A DNA stretch of 64,000 bases, taken from positions 248,001-312,000 of the forward strand of contig NIVC01000224.1 of the NCBI GenBank assembly GCA_002269645.1, written 5' to 3'. The notes under the pieces are model-generated. The model did no database searches. It saw nothing but the letters and a program-made list of their open reading frames with translations, and was not told the DNA's origin. The stretch is from Macrostomum lignano (lineage: Eukaryota). Of the stretch, positions 39,001 through 64,000 are shown one piece after another. How positions within the stretch are numbered: the first letter of the stretch is position 1; every line of letters begins with the position of its first letter. Made by a program: the position numbers and the translations under genes.

Positions 39001-40298
39001 CTATGGAAATCCGCCCCTATTTCCACCCAGGAAGCTTCTATCAATCTATGGAAATCCGCCCCTATTTCCACCCAGGAAGCTTCCATCAATCTATGGAAAC
39101 CCGCCCCTATTTCCACCCAGGAAGCTTCCATCAACCCATGGAAATCCGCCCCTATTTCCACTCAGGAAGCTTCTACCAATCTATGGAAATCCGCCCCTAT
39201 TTCCACCCAGGAAGCTTCTATCAATCTATGGAAATCCGCCCCTATTTCCACCCAGGAAGCTTCCATCAATCCATGGAAATCCGCTCCTATTTCCACTTGG
39301 GAAGCTTTCATCAATCTATTGAAATCCGCCCCTATTTCCATCCAGGAAGCTTCTATCAATCCATGGAAATCCGCCCCTATTTCCACTCAGGAAGCTTCCA
39401 TCAACCCATGGAAATCCGCCCCTATTTCCACCCAGGAAGCTTCCATCAACCCATGGAAATCCGCCCCTATTTCCACTCAGGAAGCTTCCATCAACCCATG
39501 GAAATCCGCCCCTATTTCCACCCAGGAAGCTTCTATTAATCTATGGAAATCCGCCCTTATTTCCACCCAGGAAGCTTCCATCAATCCATGGAAATCCGCT
39601 CCTATTTCCACTCAGGAAGCTTCCATCAATCCATGGAAATCCGCCCCTATTTCCACTTGGGAAGCTTTCATCAATCCATGGAAAAATGCCCCTAGTTCCA
39701 CTCAGGAAGCTTCCATCAACCCTTGGAAATTCGCCACTAGTTCCACTCAGGAAGCTTCCATCAATCCATGGAAATCCGCCCCTATTTCCACCCAGGAAGC
39801 TTCCATCAATCTATGGAAATCCGGCCCTATTTCCACTCAGGAAGCTAGGAAATCCTAGGAAATATCAAACACCTCTAACACAGCTACTTTTTCTTAGAAA
39901 TCAGCCCCTTGAAACTAATTCTCATTTACCTGTTGCAATGAGGCCAGCTTCTCTCTATACAGCTGCATCTTTTCTTGGCTGTATCTCAAGTCAGCCCGAG
40001 CATGCCGCTCAGCCTCTTCCAGTCGGTCAATGCTAGCTTGCCTCTGGTCTGATTCGTTGCACAGATCCAGCAGCCAAGTTCGAGCCAAGCGTGACAGGTT
40101 GATCGGCATGCAGACACCTTTGAGAGTCCAAGACAGTCGTTCATTCCATGGCAGTTCGATGCCCTGGCGATTGCTGAGCAGTCTCAGAGCTCGCTGCCAC
40201 AGCTGGCACTCATCATCGAGTTGTTCGCCAAGATTGCCGGCTGTTGCTGGTGCTCCATTGACGCTCATATTTGTCTGTAAAGGCCGGTTGCATGCCAT
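34185..40298 (-). CDS. CEP70: Centrosomal protein of 70 kDa; exons 39930-40298, 36216-36594, 35243-35976, 34185-34748 (about 681 aa)
   Basis: C-terminus VDHFRRLFDVAQLSGVCTKMNSIYTELG...LEEYDQFFPVFEELVKSLMTVLGVDRIDQILP and IDNRMLDIIDSYETQL match remembered CEP70 motifs. GT-AG junctions have consistent phases (0,1,0). The start could be 40268 instead of 40298. Confidence 0.85.
34770..35150. repeat. 24-bp intronic minisatellite (tttaggggcggatatccatgtagg)
   Basis: Lies in CEP70 intron 34749-35242. Confidence 0.9.
35980..36160. repeat. (ATTG)n microsatellite
   Basis: Fills most of CEP70 intron 35977-36215, running up to the acceptor. Confidence 0.92.
36665..39850. repeat. 45-bp intronic minisatellite, about 70 copies, with a 1530-bp higher-order duplication
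   Basis: Unit gaagcttccatcaacccatggaaatccgcccctatttccacccag. Variant blocks recur 1530 bp apart (ORF starts 37632/39162 and 38156/39686). Confidence 0.97.
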
Positions 40299-40451
40299 TT
40301 TAGAGTTCAGTTACTGATTCGCAATATTATTTAAAGTTGTACTGCTATAAAACTTTTAGGCGTTAACCAGATTTTTACATTTAGCCATAGACAGAATCTG
40401 GGAACAATAAAAACTTCCATTTCTGGGTCAACAGACGACTAATTGACCTAA

Positions 40452-42662
40452 TTGACGCCTAACTTAGTAGAGTTGGCGCTTAATTTAGTAGAATTGGCGC
40501 TTGATTTAGTAGAGTTGGCGCTTAATTTAGAAGAATTGGCGCTTAATTTAGTAAAATTGGCGCTTGATTTAGTAAATTTGGCGCTTAATTTAGTAGAATT
40601 GGCGCTTAATTTAGTAGAATTGGCGCTTAATTTAGTAGAATTGGCGCTTAATTTAGTAGAATTGGCGCTTAATTTAGTAGAATTGGCGCTTAATTTAGTA
40701 GAATTGGCGCTTAATTTAGTAGAATTGGCGCTTAATTTAGTAGAATTGGCGCTTAATTTAGTAGAATTGGCGCTTAATTTAGTAGAATTGGCGCTTAATT
40801 TAGTAGAACTGGCGCTTAATTTAGTAGAACTGGCGCTTAATTTAGTAGAATTGGCGCTTAATTTAGTAGAACTGGCGCTTAATTTAGTAGAACTGGCGCT
40901 TAATTTAGTAGAATTGGCGCTTAATTTAGTATAATTGGCGCTTAATTTAGTAGAACTGGCGCTTGATTTAGTAGAATTGGCGCTTAATTTAGTAGAATTG
41001 GCGCTTGATTTAGTAGAACTGGCGCTTAATTTAGTAGAATTGGCGCTTAATTTAGTAGAATTGGCGCTTGATTTAGTAGAATTGGCGCCTAATTTAGTAG
41101 AATTGGCGCTTAATTTAGTAGAATTGGCGCTTAATTTAGTAGAATTGGCGCTTAATTAAGTAGAATTGGCGCTTAATTTAGTAGAATTAGCGCTTAATTT
41201 AGTAGAATTGGCGCTTAATTTAGTAGAATTGGCGCTTAATTTAGTAGAATTGGCGCTTGATTTAGTAGTATTAGCGCCTAATTTAGTAGAATTTGCGCAT
41301 AATTTAGTAGAATTGGCGCCTAATTTAGTATAATTGGCGCTTAATTTAGTATAATTGGCGCTTAATTTAGTAGAACTGGCGCTTAATTTAGTAGAATTGG
41401 CGCTTAATTTAGTAGAACTGGCGCTTAATTTAGTAGAATTGGCGCTTAATTTAGTAGAATTGGCGCTTGATTTAGTAGAGTTGGCGCTTAATTTAGTAGA
41501 ATTGGCGCTTGATTTAGTAGAACTGGCGCTTAATTTAGTAGAATTGGCGCTTAATTTAGTAGAATTGGCGCTTAATTTAGTAGAATTGGCGCCTAATTTA
41601 GTAGAATTGGCGCTTAATTTAGTAGAATTGGCGCTTAATTTAGTAGAATTGGCGCTTAATTTAGTAGAATTAGCGCTTAATTTAGTAGAATTGGCGCTTA
41701 ATTTAGTAGAATTGGCGCTTAATTTAGTAGAATTGGCGCTTGATTTAGTAGAATTAGCGCCTAATTTAGTAGAATTTGCGCATAATTTAGTAGAATTGGC
41801 GCCTAATTTAGTAGAACTGGCGCTTAATTTAGTAGAATTGGCGCTTAATTTAGTAGAACTGGCGCTTAATTTAGTAGAATTGGCGCTTAATTTAGTAGAT
41901 TTGGCGCTTAATTTAGTAGAATTGGCGCTTAATTTAGAAGAATTGGCGCTTAATTTAGTAGAATTGGCGCTTAATTTAGAAGAATTGGCGCTTAATTTAG
42001 TAGAATTGGCGCTTAATTTAGTAGATTTGGCGCTTAATTTAGTAGAGTTGGCGCTTAATTTAGTAGAATTGGCGCTTAATTTAGTAGAATTGGCGCTTAA
42101 TTTAGTAGAACTGGCGCTTAATTTAGTAGAATTGGCGCTTAATTTAGTAGAATTGGCGCTTGATTTAGTAGAGTTGGCGCTTAATTTAGTAGAATTGGCG
42201 CTTGATTTAGTAGAATTGGCGCTTAATTTAGTAGAATTGGCGCTTAATTTAGTAGAATTGGCGCCTAATTTAGTAGAATTGGCGCTTAATTTAGTAGAAT
42301 TGGCGCTTGATTTAGTAGAATTGGCGCTTGATTTAGTAGAATTGGCGCTTAATTTAGTAGAATTGGCGCTTGATTTAGAAGAATTGGCGCTTGATTTAGT
42401 AGAATTGGCGCTTGATTTAGTAGAACTGGCGCTTAATTTAGTAGAGTTGGCGCTTAATTTAGTAGAGTTGGCGCTTAATTTAGTAGAACTGGCGCTTAAT
42501 TTAGTAGAACTAACGCTTAATTTAGTAGAGTTGGCGCTTAATTTAGTAGAATTGGCGCTTAATTTAGTAGAACTGGCGCTTAATTTAGTAGATTTGACGC
42601 CTAATTTAGTAGAATTGGCGCTTAAATTAGTAGAATTGGCGCCTAATTTAGTAAAATTGACT
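40452..42662. repeat. 21-bp minisatellite (ttggcgcttaatttagtagaa), about 105 copies
   Basis: Directly visible. Confidence 0.97.
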
Positions 42663-43319
42663 AGATGAGGTGCTAAGAAGGAAAGACAGGTAGAGTATCA
42701 ACTTACAGTTGTGTGGCGCACCAAGTGTACAGTGAGACTGAGTAGCTTCTTGGTTGGCAATGGGGATTAACCAGTGTAGTTAAATTTAAAGGATTTTACT
42801 TTATTTCACGCCTTGCATTCAGACAGCAAGAAGACTTAATGACAATGAGCTTCACCTTGTGAATTTTTGAGCCTGAGTCACTGAAGAAATGAGTCTACAA
42901 GCTCATAAACGAGTCGGGCAGTGGTGGGACAGGTCATGGACTCATGGGTCTTACCTTTTCTCTGTTGGTCGCAGTCCTGTCTTTCTTTCCTTAACCAACC
43001 GCATGGGGCCTGGCTGGATGGATAGAAAGGAACGCATAGCCATAAGGGCTAAGAGGGAGGGTAAGAGAGGTGTTGGAGTGTGTGTACACTCCCGGGAATG
43101 TATGTACATTGCGTTTTTGTACACTCAACCCCCCCCCTCGTTTTTCACCCATCTGCCCTCTCTGTCTGAGCTATGATTTTACATGATACCGGTTAGGTGT
43201 AGTGTGTTTTGTAGTGTGTAGTGTAAAAACTGTGTAATTAATTGCTTTGCTATGCTAATTAGCTTTCTTAACCGTTTTCTTTTAAGTCTCATTTTCTCAT
43301 TTTTACTAAGTAAGTTAGT

Positions 43320-43600
43320 AAGTTGATGATTGAGTGCATGAGTTCATGGGTCAGTTTATGGGTGAGTTAATGAGTGAGTTAATGAGGAATTTTATGAGTG
43401 AGTTCATGAATTAAGCTTATGAGTGAGTTCTTGAGTAAGTTTATGAGTGAGTTTCTGAGAATTTTATGAATGAGGTAATGAATAAGTTTATGAGTGAGTT
43501 TCTGAGTAAGTTTACGAATTAGTTAATGAATATTTTTTTAGTGAGTTCATAAGGAATTTTATAAGTGGGAGTTAAGTGAGTTGGCGCTTGAGTGTGTGAG
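43320..43600. repeat. Degenerate (tttatgagtgag)-type low-complexity repeat
   Basis: Repeated gagtgagtt and atgaat motifs. Confidence 0.7.
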
Positions 43601-43996
43601 TTTATCGGTGTGTTAGTTGAAGTAAAATTACCTACAAACTACTGCGGACAAGTAGTGTACTAAGTAAATAGCAATAAATCTACACTCCCGTTTATTATGG
43701 GACGCCAATTTAGACTAATCTCTCCTCACCGTCCAATTGGGTAGCTTGCGTTTGGCTGTCAATAAAAAATCGTCCACAGATCGGGCTGCAATTGGGTGCC
43801 CAGTGTAAGCAGCCAATGCTGCGCATTCTTCATCAAGGCAAGATCAACTGTGTTGCCTGAAATCATTTAAGAAGCAACTAATACAGAAGGAAATACGAAA
43901 CAAGCATCTGTATCATATTGTCATGCTTTGAAGTTTGCTTAAGTTTTTACCCAAGGAACATTTTGATGCAGTGATTAATCGCACTTTCACAATACA

Positions 43997-57408
<13,412 letters not shown>

Positions 57409-57567
57409 GCCGAGCGCGCGTTTAGACAATGGTGCTTTCCGGATTGTAGCGAGCGTAAATCATATTAAAAACATTGAATTTTTAGGCAGTAAATTTTTTG
57501 TTGGTTAATAAGCTTTCCCTCTGAAAATAACTTTGACTGAACTTCTAAACCATATTAAATTTTTACC

Positions 57568-59722
57568 CCAGTCCCCGCGTAGCCACCAACCCCCTCAAAC
57601 ACCCCAGCCACCGCGTAGCCACCAACCCCCTCAAACACCCCAGTCCCCGCGTAGCCACCAACCCCCTCAAACACCCCAGTCCCCGCGTAGACACCAACCC
57701 CCTCAAACACCCCAGTCACCGCGTAGCCACCAACCCCCTCAAACACCCCAGTCCCCGCGTAGCCTCCAACTCCCTCAAACACCCCAGTCCCCGCGTAGCC
57801 ACCAACCCCCTCAAACACCCCAGTCCTTGCGTAGCCACCAACCCCCTCAAACACCCCAGCCCTTGCGTAGCCACCAACCCCCTCAAACACCCCAGTACTT
57901 GCGTAGCCACCAACCCCCTCAAACACCCCAGTCCCCGCGTAGACACCAACCCCCTCAAACACCCCAGTCCCCGCGTAGCCACCAACCCCCTCAAACACTC
58001 CAGTCCCCGCGTAGCCACCAACCCCCTCAAACACCCCAGTCCCCGCGTAGCCACCAACCCCCTCAAACACCCCAGTCCCCGCGTAGACACCAACCCCCTC
58101 AAACACCCCAGTCCCCGCGTAGCCACCAACCCCCTCAAACACCCCAGCCCTTGCGTAGCCACCAACCCCCTCAAACACCCCAGTCCCCGAGTAGCCACCA
58201 ACCCCCTCAAACACCCCAGCCCTTGCGTAGCCACCAACCCCCTCAAACACCCCAGTCACCGCGTAGCCACCGACCCCCTCAAACACCCCAGTCCCCGCGT
58301 AGCCACCAACCCCCTCAAACACCCCAGTCCCCGCGTAGCCACCAACCCCCTCAAACACCCCAGTCCCCGCGTAGCCACCAACCCCCTCAAACACCCCAGT
58401 CCCCGCGTAGCCACCAACCCCCTCAAACACCCCAGTCCCCGCGTAGACACCAACCCCCTCAAACACCCCAGTCACCGCGTAGCCACCAACCCCCTCAAAC
58501 ACCCCAGTCCCCGCGTAGCCTCCAACTCCCTCAAACACCCCAGTCCCCGCGTAGCCACCAACCCCCTCAAACACCCCAGTCCTTGCGTAGCCACCAACCC
58601 CCTCAAACACCCCAGCCCTTGCGTAGCCACCAACCCCCTCAAACACCCCAGTCCCCGCGTAGACACCAACCCCCTCAAACACCCCAGTACTTGCGTAGCC
58701 ACCAACCCCCTCAAACACCCCAGTCACCGCGTAGCCACCAACCCCCTCAAACACCCCAGTCCCCGCGTAGCCACCAACCCCCTCAAACACCCCAGTCCCC
58801 GCGTAGCCACCAACCCCCTCAAACACCCCAGTCCCCGCGTAGCCACCAACCCTCTCAAACACCCCAGTCCCCGCGTAGCCACCAACCCCTCAAACACCCC
58901 AGTCCCCGCGTAGCCACCAACCCCCTCAAACACCCCAGTCCCCGCGTAGCCACCACCCCCTCAAACACCCCAGTCACCGCGTAGCCACCAACCCCCTCAA
59001 ACACCCCAGTCCCCGCGTAGCCTCCAACTCCCTCAAACACCCCAGTCCCCGCGTAGCCACCAACCCCCTCAAACACCCCAGTCCTTGCGTAGCCACCAAC
59101 CCCCTCAAACACCCCAGCCCTTGCGTAGCCACCAACCCCCTCAAACACCCCAGTACTTGCGTAGCCACCAACCCCCTCAAACACCCCAGTCCCCGCGTAG
59201 ACACCAACCCCCTCAAACACCCCAGTACTTGCGTAGCCACCAACCCCCTCAAACACCCCAGTCCCCGCGTAGACACCAACCCCCTCAAACACTCCAGTCC
59301 CCGCGTAGCCACCAACCCCCTCAAACACCCCAGCCCTTGCGTAGCCACCAACCCCCTCAAACACCCCAGTACTTGCGTAGCCACCAACCCCCTCAAACAC
59401 CCCAGCCCTTGCGTAGCCACCAACCCCCTCAAACACCCCAGTCCCCGCGTAGCCACCAACCCCCTCAGACACCCCAGTCCCCGCGTAGCCACCAACCCCC
59501 TCAAACACCCCAGTACTTGCGTAGCCACCAACCCCCTCAAACACCCCAGCCCTTGCGTAGCCACCAACCCCCTCAAACACCCCAGTCCCCGCGTAGCCAC
59601 CAACCCCCTCAAACACCCCAGTCCCCGCGTAGCCACCAACCCCCTCAAACACCCCAGCCCTTGCGTAGCCACCAACCCCCTCAAACACCCCAGTCCCCGC
59701 GTAGCCACCAACCCCCTCAGAC
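57568..59722. repeat. 36-bp G/C-skewed minisatellite (ccccagtccccgcgtagccaccaaccccctcaaaca), about 60 copies
   Basis: Directly visible; starts about 160 bp after the protocadherin stop. Confidence 0.97.
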
Positions 59723-60804
59723 ACTAGAGTCCTCTGAACAACTTAGGCAGTCACATCGCCCGTCGGTTAAAGTTACGCAGGCATTCAAAGAAGAGCATTG
59801 AGCACTTCACACATGCGCCAATATTTCTTTCTACAGCACAATCAAAAATACGATCATGTTACTACGTGTACAGCTTGCAAAATTGTTTAACCTGCACATT
59901 CACTGGTTTAAAAAGTGTTGTTAAAATTATGTTAATTAGTTAAGCTGCATCGAAAAAACTACTTTCTGTAACTATATTATTATACTATAATATAATTGGT
60001 TACTTAAATTCTCTGCTCCTTTCTGCACTTTTTTTCTAAAAGTACACACTTCACTTTAACACATTGTATTTCATTGTTTGTCACAAAGTTTTTTTTCTTA
60101 CATTTGAAATTAAATCAAATTAGGTTGTCAGAACGTAAATTGAATTTGCTGACTGAAATATAAACTTTTTTTTATTTATGTAATACTTATAATTCTTTAG
60201 TGCAAGTTATGATACATCGGGAAATACCCGATTTGAGAGATTTGGGATCAAATGAAAATCTTCAAGTGTAAATTAAAAGATACAGAACTTTGCACTTTGC
60301 ATCGTCCGAAACATCCATAAACATCAATACAAACCTTTGGAAACATCGTCCCACAGTTCTGAGACAACACGCTCCTTGGTTGCAAGAATTTAACTTAATA
60401 CAAAATACAGTGAAATATTCAAAGTTGAGAGTTGAAACGCAATGAGATGAAGTTCAATCATGAAGTTTCCATGCACCACACACCATGCAGTTTCTCATTC
60501 TGTTGAGAAATAAAAAAATTTTATAATTCTTCTGCGCAGAACTTGCGCAGCGCAGAAGGCTGAGTGAAAGTTCCGAACTTATAAACCGCAGTCGTATAGT
60601 TGTTAGCCCTCCACTCGAAAGCTCTTTTAAACTGCTGACTTTCAAAAACTGTGTCTCTACTATGTGCGATCTTGCAGTTGGGAAAAATTCTTTTCCAAGT
60701 GTCAGTTCGAAATTTGATTTTTTTCAATGCATTCAGAAATGAATTTCTGAAGATTTTTGAAGCACTGATGCAAAATCTTTCTTTAGGCTCATCCATATCT
60801 AAAA

Positions 60805-61855
60805 TGAGTCATGCCTGTCTATAATGAGTCATGCCTGTCTATAATGAGTCATGCCTGTCTATAATTAGTCATGCCTGTCTATAATGAGTCATGCTTGTCT
60901 ATAATTAGTCATGCCTGTCTATAATGAGTCATGCCTGTCTATAATGAATCATGCCTGTCTATAATGAGTCATACCTGTCTATAATGAGTCATGCCTGTCT
61001 ATAATGAGTCATGCCTGTCTATAATGAGTCATGTCTGTCTATAATGAGTCATGCCTGTCTATAATGAGTCATGCCTGTCTATAATGAGTCATGCCTGTCT
61101 ATATTGAGTCATGCCTGTCTATAATGAGTCATGCCTGTCTATAATGATTCATGCCTGTCTATAATGAATCATGCTTGTCTATAATGAGTCATACCTGTCT
61201 ATAATGAGTCATGCCTGTCTATAATGAGTCATGCCTGTCTATAATGAGTCATGCTTGTCTATAATGAGTCATGCTTGTTATGAGCCATGCTTGTCTATAA
61301 TGACTCACGCATGTCTATAATGAGTCATGCTTATCTATAGTGAGTCATGACAGTCTATAAGAAGTCATCACTGTCTATAACGAGTCATGACTGTCTATAT
61401 TGAGTCATGCATGTCTATAATGAGTTATGCTAGTCTACGAGTATAATGAGTCATGCAGGTCATACTAATTGGTCATACAGGTAGATACCATACTAATGAG
61501 TCGTGGGTGCCACACTAATGAGTCATGGGAGCCATACTAATGAGTCAAGGGTGCTATACATATGAGTCATGGGTGCCATACTAATGAGTCATGGGAGCCA
61601 TACTTATGAGTAATGGGTGCCATACCAATGAGTCATGGGTGCTATACTAAAGAGTCATGGGTGCTATACTAAAGAGTCATGGGTGCTATACTAAAGAGTC
61701 ATGGGTGCTATACTAAAGAGTCATGGGTGCTATACTAATGAGTCATGGGTGCCATACTAATGAGTCATGGGTGCCATACTAATGAGTCATGGGTGCCATA
61801 CTAATGAGTCATGGGTGCCATACTAATGAGTCATGGGTGCGCCTTACTAATGAGT
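60805..61855. repeat. Compound minisatellite: 20-bp unit (60805-61435) and 22-bp unit (61490-61855) sharing TAATGAGTCATG
   Basis: ataatgagtcatgcctgtct and tactaatgagtcatgggtgcca. Confidence 0.95.
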
Positions 61856-62988
61856 TAGTGGTGGCAGTCACACAGTTACTAGGTCATAAAGAAAATAAGT
61901 AGCTTATGTCTAGAAATCCTCCTATAGATTAGTACAACACAGGCACAGATGCAGTAATTGCAATCGAATTTTGATCAAAGCATACTTTATAATTATCATA
62001 AAGCAAACTAGATTAGAACGAAGAATGAAGATGACTCTCTCTAAGAAACATTCAAATATTTTCTGAATAATCCATTTCCTCGATTGTGTCTCATCTGCTT
62101 TCTCATCCCCTAACTAAGTTAGCCAGACTTGTTGCATAGTAAACAGTTACATCACTTTTACATCTGTGTCTTCAATTCTAGACCTCAGTTTTTTGGTTAG
62201 AAAATTCTATATGCATGGAACAGTTTCAATTTTCTTTATGTGCAGCAATCTCAGTCTTAGCATTTCAAACATTTTCGTATTTCAGATTCCGTCAAAATAC
62301 TTAGTGTACTAAAATATGTGACCTGCTTTGCTTCTAGAAGGGTTAATGAACTGTAAAGAAATTCTACATTGATTTCAATTAGCTTTAGGTTAATAATGTA
62401 GAACACTGGGGCGGGGGGCAAGCTGTTCGGCTTGTTGGTCACACTTTATTTGCCACTCTTAAGCAACCCGACCATAACGCAGAGCCGCACGGCATGTGTA
62501 AAAAGCTCCCTTTCTGCTTTTGCTATTCTGTCTGTAATTGAATTATTTTATTCAATGTTTGGGCCCTTTTTTATTGATCGTGATGGCGGAAATGCGACTT
62601 CTGATGAATTTGGCAGTCAGTTGGTGACTCAACTACTATATTTAAAGACAGGCCCGCTGCACACAGCTGGGAACGGTTAGCTTCAGCTTGAAAACAATTT
62701 AGTCGAATATTTCATATAATTGGGTAGAGAATTTATAAAAACTTCAGCACTTTAAAATTGTTAATTTATTTAATGAGTTTCGTATTGTCATCTTAGTTCG
62801 CGATCTACAAGACAGTTACGCTCGTACACAGGTCAGTTTTTTAAGCTTCTTTTCCTTATTTTGTTCGCAGTTTAAAAGGTTGCAACTTAGCAACATTCTA
62901 CTTGTAGTAGAAATATGTGCAAAAATTAGTTCAAATTAAAATTAAATATTTAAATTGATTCATTGAAACAATTCCCAATCTCGAAAGT

Positions 62989-63934
62989 TCAACGCGACGA
63001 TGGAGTCGACGAGTGCGGATGCTGGTGCTGGTGCAGAGGCTCAGTGTCCTCGGCCACCGCGCCAGCCGGAATGTTCACCTTGTTAGAAACCAGAACGTCA
63101 GCTTGAACTGGCGTCATGTCAACGTAGAGAGCCTCAGCGTTAGACTGAAAAAAATTTATTGGTTTAATTCAAGATCACTGAATAGAGCGCATAGCAGAAA
63201 TCAATACACTTTTCTCTACCCTTCTCTGGTCCGTCCTGCGCAATCCCAGTTTTTTAGCCCTACTTGAGCCCACTACCCTACGACCAGCACAATGCCACAA
63301 CCCTCAAACCCCCGGTTTCTCAACCCTCATGGGCCCACCTCCTTATACCTTCCAACACCAACCCCCCACTTTTCTTACCCCCATTTGGGCCCACCACCTC
63401 ACACCGCGTCCAACACACCCCAATTTTCTACCCCATTTGGGCCCACCACCTCACACCGCGTCCAACATCCACCCCCACTTTTCCTAGCACTCCTTGTGCC
63501 GACCACCTCATGGACGCCCAGCACAACTCACACTGTCAAATTCTTCAACAGGAGCTGAGCCTGCATAGCTTCGTACATGTAACACTCACCATAAACTGAT
63601 CATAGAGCGCCTGTCCCATAGCCTCGCGCACGTGCTCATCAACGATAGGCAGTTTCCGACAGAGGAACTCCAGCGCAACAGATGCCTGCCTCTGGCTATC
63701 GGCATGGTCCAAGTTGCCCATAGCGAACATCAGATGATGGACAGCTCGCAGATAGACAAGTCGATCACAGATTCTATCCGACTGTCTAGCCAATTCGCCG
63801 ATGCATTTCGCCGCGGCAGCCTGTTGAACGTAGATTGGCATCGGCGTGCTGCCGGCGTCGCCAGCGTCGCCGACTCCGCCAGACTGTTCCGCCCGGCTGG
63901 TGTCGCGATTTGGTCGGAGAAGTGTCACTACGGC
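62989..63934 (-). CDS. ARMH1: ARMH1 (C1orf228) homologue, last two exons: 63590-63934 and 62989-63144
   Basis: PIYVQQAAAAKCIGELAR...LVYLRAVHHLMFAMGNLDHADSQRQASVALEF...EHVREAMGQALYDQFM|SNAEALYVDMTPVQADVLVSNKVNI matches the remembered ARMH1 C-terminus. ATG|GTGAGT and ttttcag|TCT are both phase 0; TGA at 62989-62991. Confidence 0.78.
63320..63530. repeat. Degenerate C-rich intronic tandem repeat
   Basis: cccatttgggcccaccacctcacaccgcgtccaac occurs twice, with degenerate flanking copies, in the ARMH1 intron. Confidence 0.7.
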
Positions 63935-64000
63935 CTTGGATTTGGATAAAATGCGGAAAATTGTATCAACTTACATCAGGGAATCAGTTAACGTGGCGCA

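Noticed and set aside
36619-39858. 1079-aa ORF and overlapping 388-458-aa ORFs
   Set aside because: Translations of a stop-free 45-bp minisatellite lying inside a phase-consistent CEP70 intron on the opposite strand.
40452-42668. Leucine-zipper-like (LALNLVE)n ORFs
   Set aside because: Product of a 21-bp tandem repeat; they begin at non-ATG codons and have no unique sequence.
60454-60796. Minus-strand 63-91-aa ORFs as a gene or transposon fragment
   Set aside because: No recognisable motif or splice context; cannot be supported without a search.

Overview
Eukaryotic (animal) genomic DNA. The repeat-saturated introns, Ala/Gln-rich proteins and gene set suggest a free-living flatworm such as Macrostomum, which is an inference. 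Contents from left to right: (1) a decayed Tc1/IS630-type DDE transposase; (2) two tandem single-exon coiled-coil + NHL-propeller (TRIM-NHL-like, RING-less) paralogues on the minus strand, one broken by a single in-frame TAA; (3) a two-exon muscarinic-like class A GPCR whose 12.5-kb intron holds a SINE-tailed (AGAT)n array, a young full-length Ty3/Gypsy element (1.12-kb LTRs about 99.5% identical, GTAA TSD, PPT, -1 frameshift signal), a MITE and an 80-bp perfect inverted repeat; (4) POLR3E/RPC5 (five exons found, first exon not found) and (5) CEP70 (four exons), both minus strand, with nearly every intron filled by its own minisatellite; (6) a 1.1-kb TIR element with an 8-bp TSD; (7) a three-exon, 7-EC protocadherin; (8) a tRNA-derived SINE; (9) the last two exons of an ARMH1 homologue. 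The most unusual signal is in the LTR. Its U5 end carries a tandem array of [LTR-end mimic + tRNA-Leu primer-binding site] units, so each LTR contains two intact 20-nt PBSs while the PBS at the canonical position is degenerate. All alignments were done by eye; homology calls rest on remembered family motifs, not database searches.
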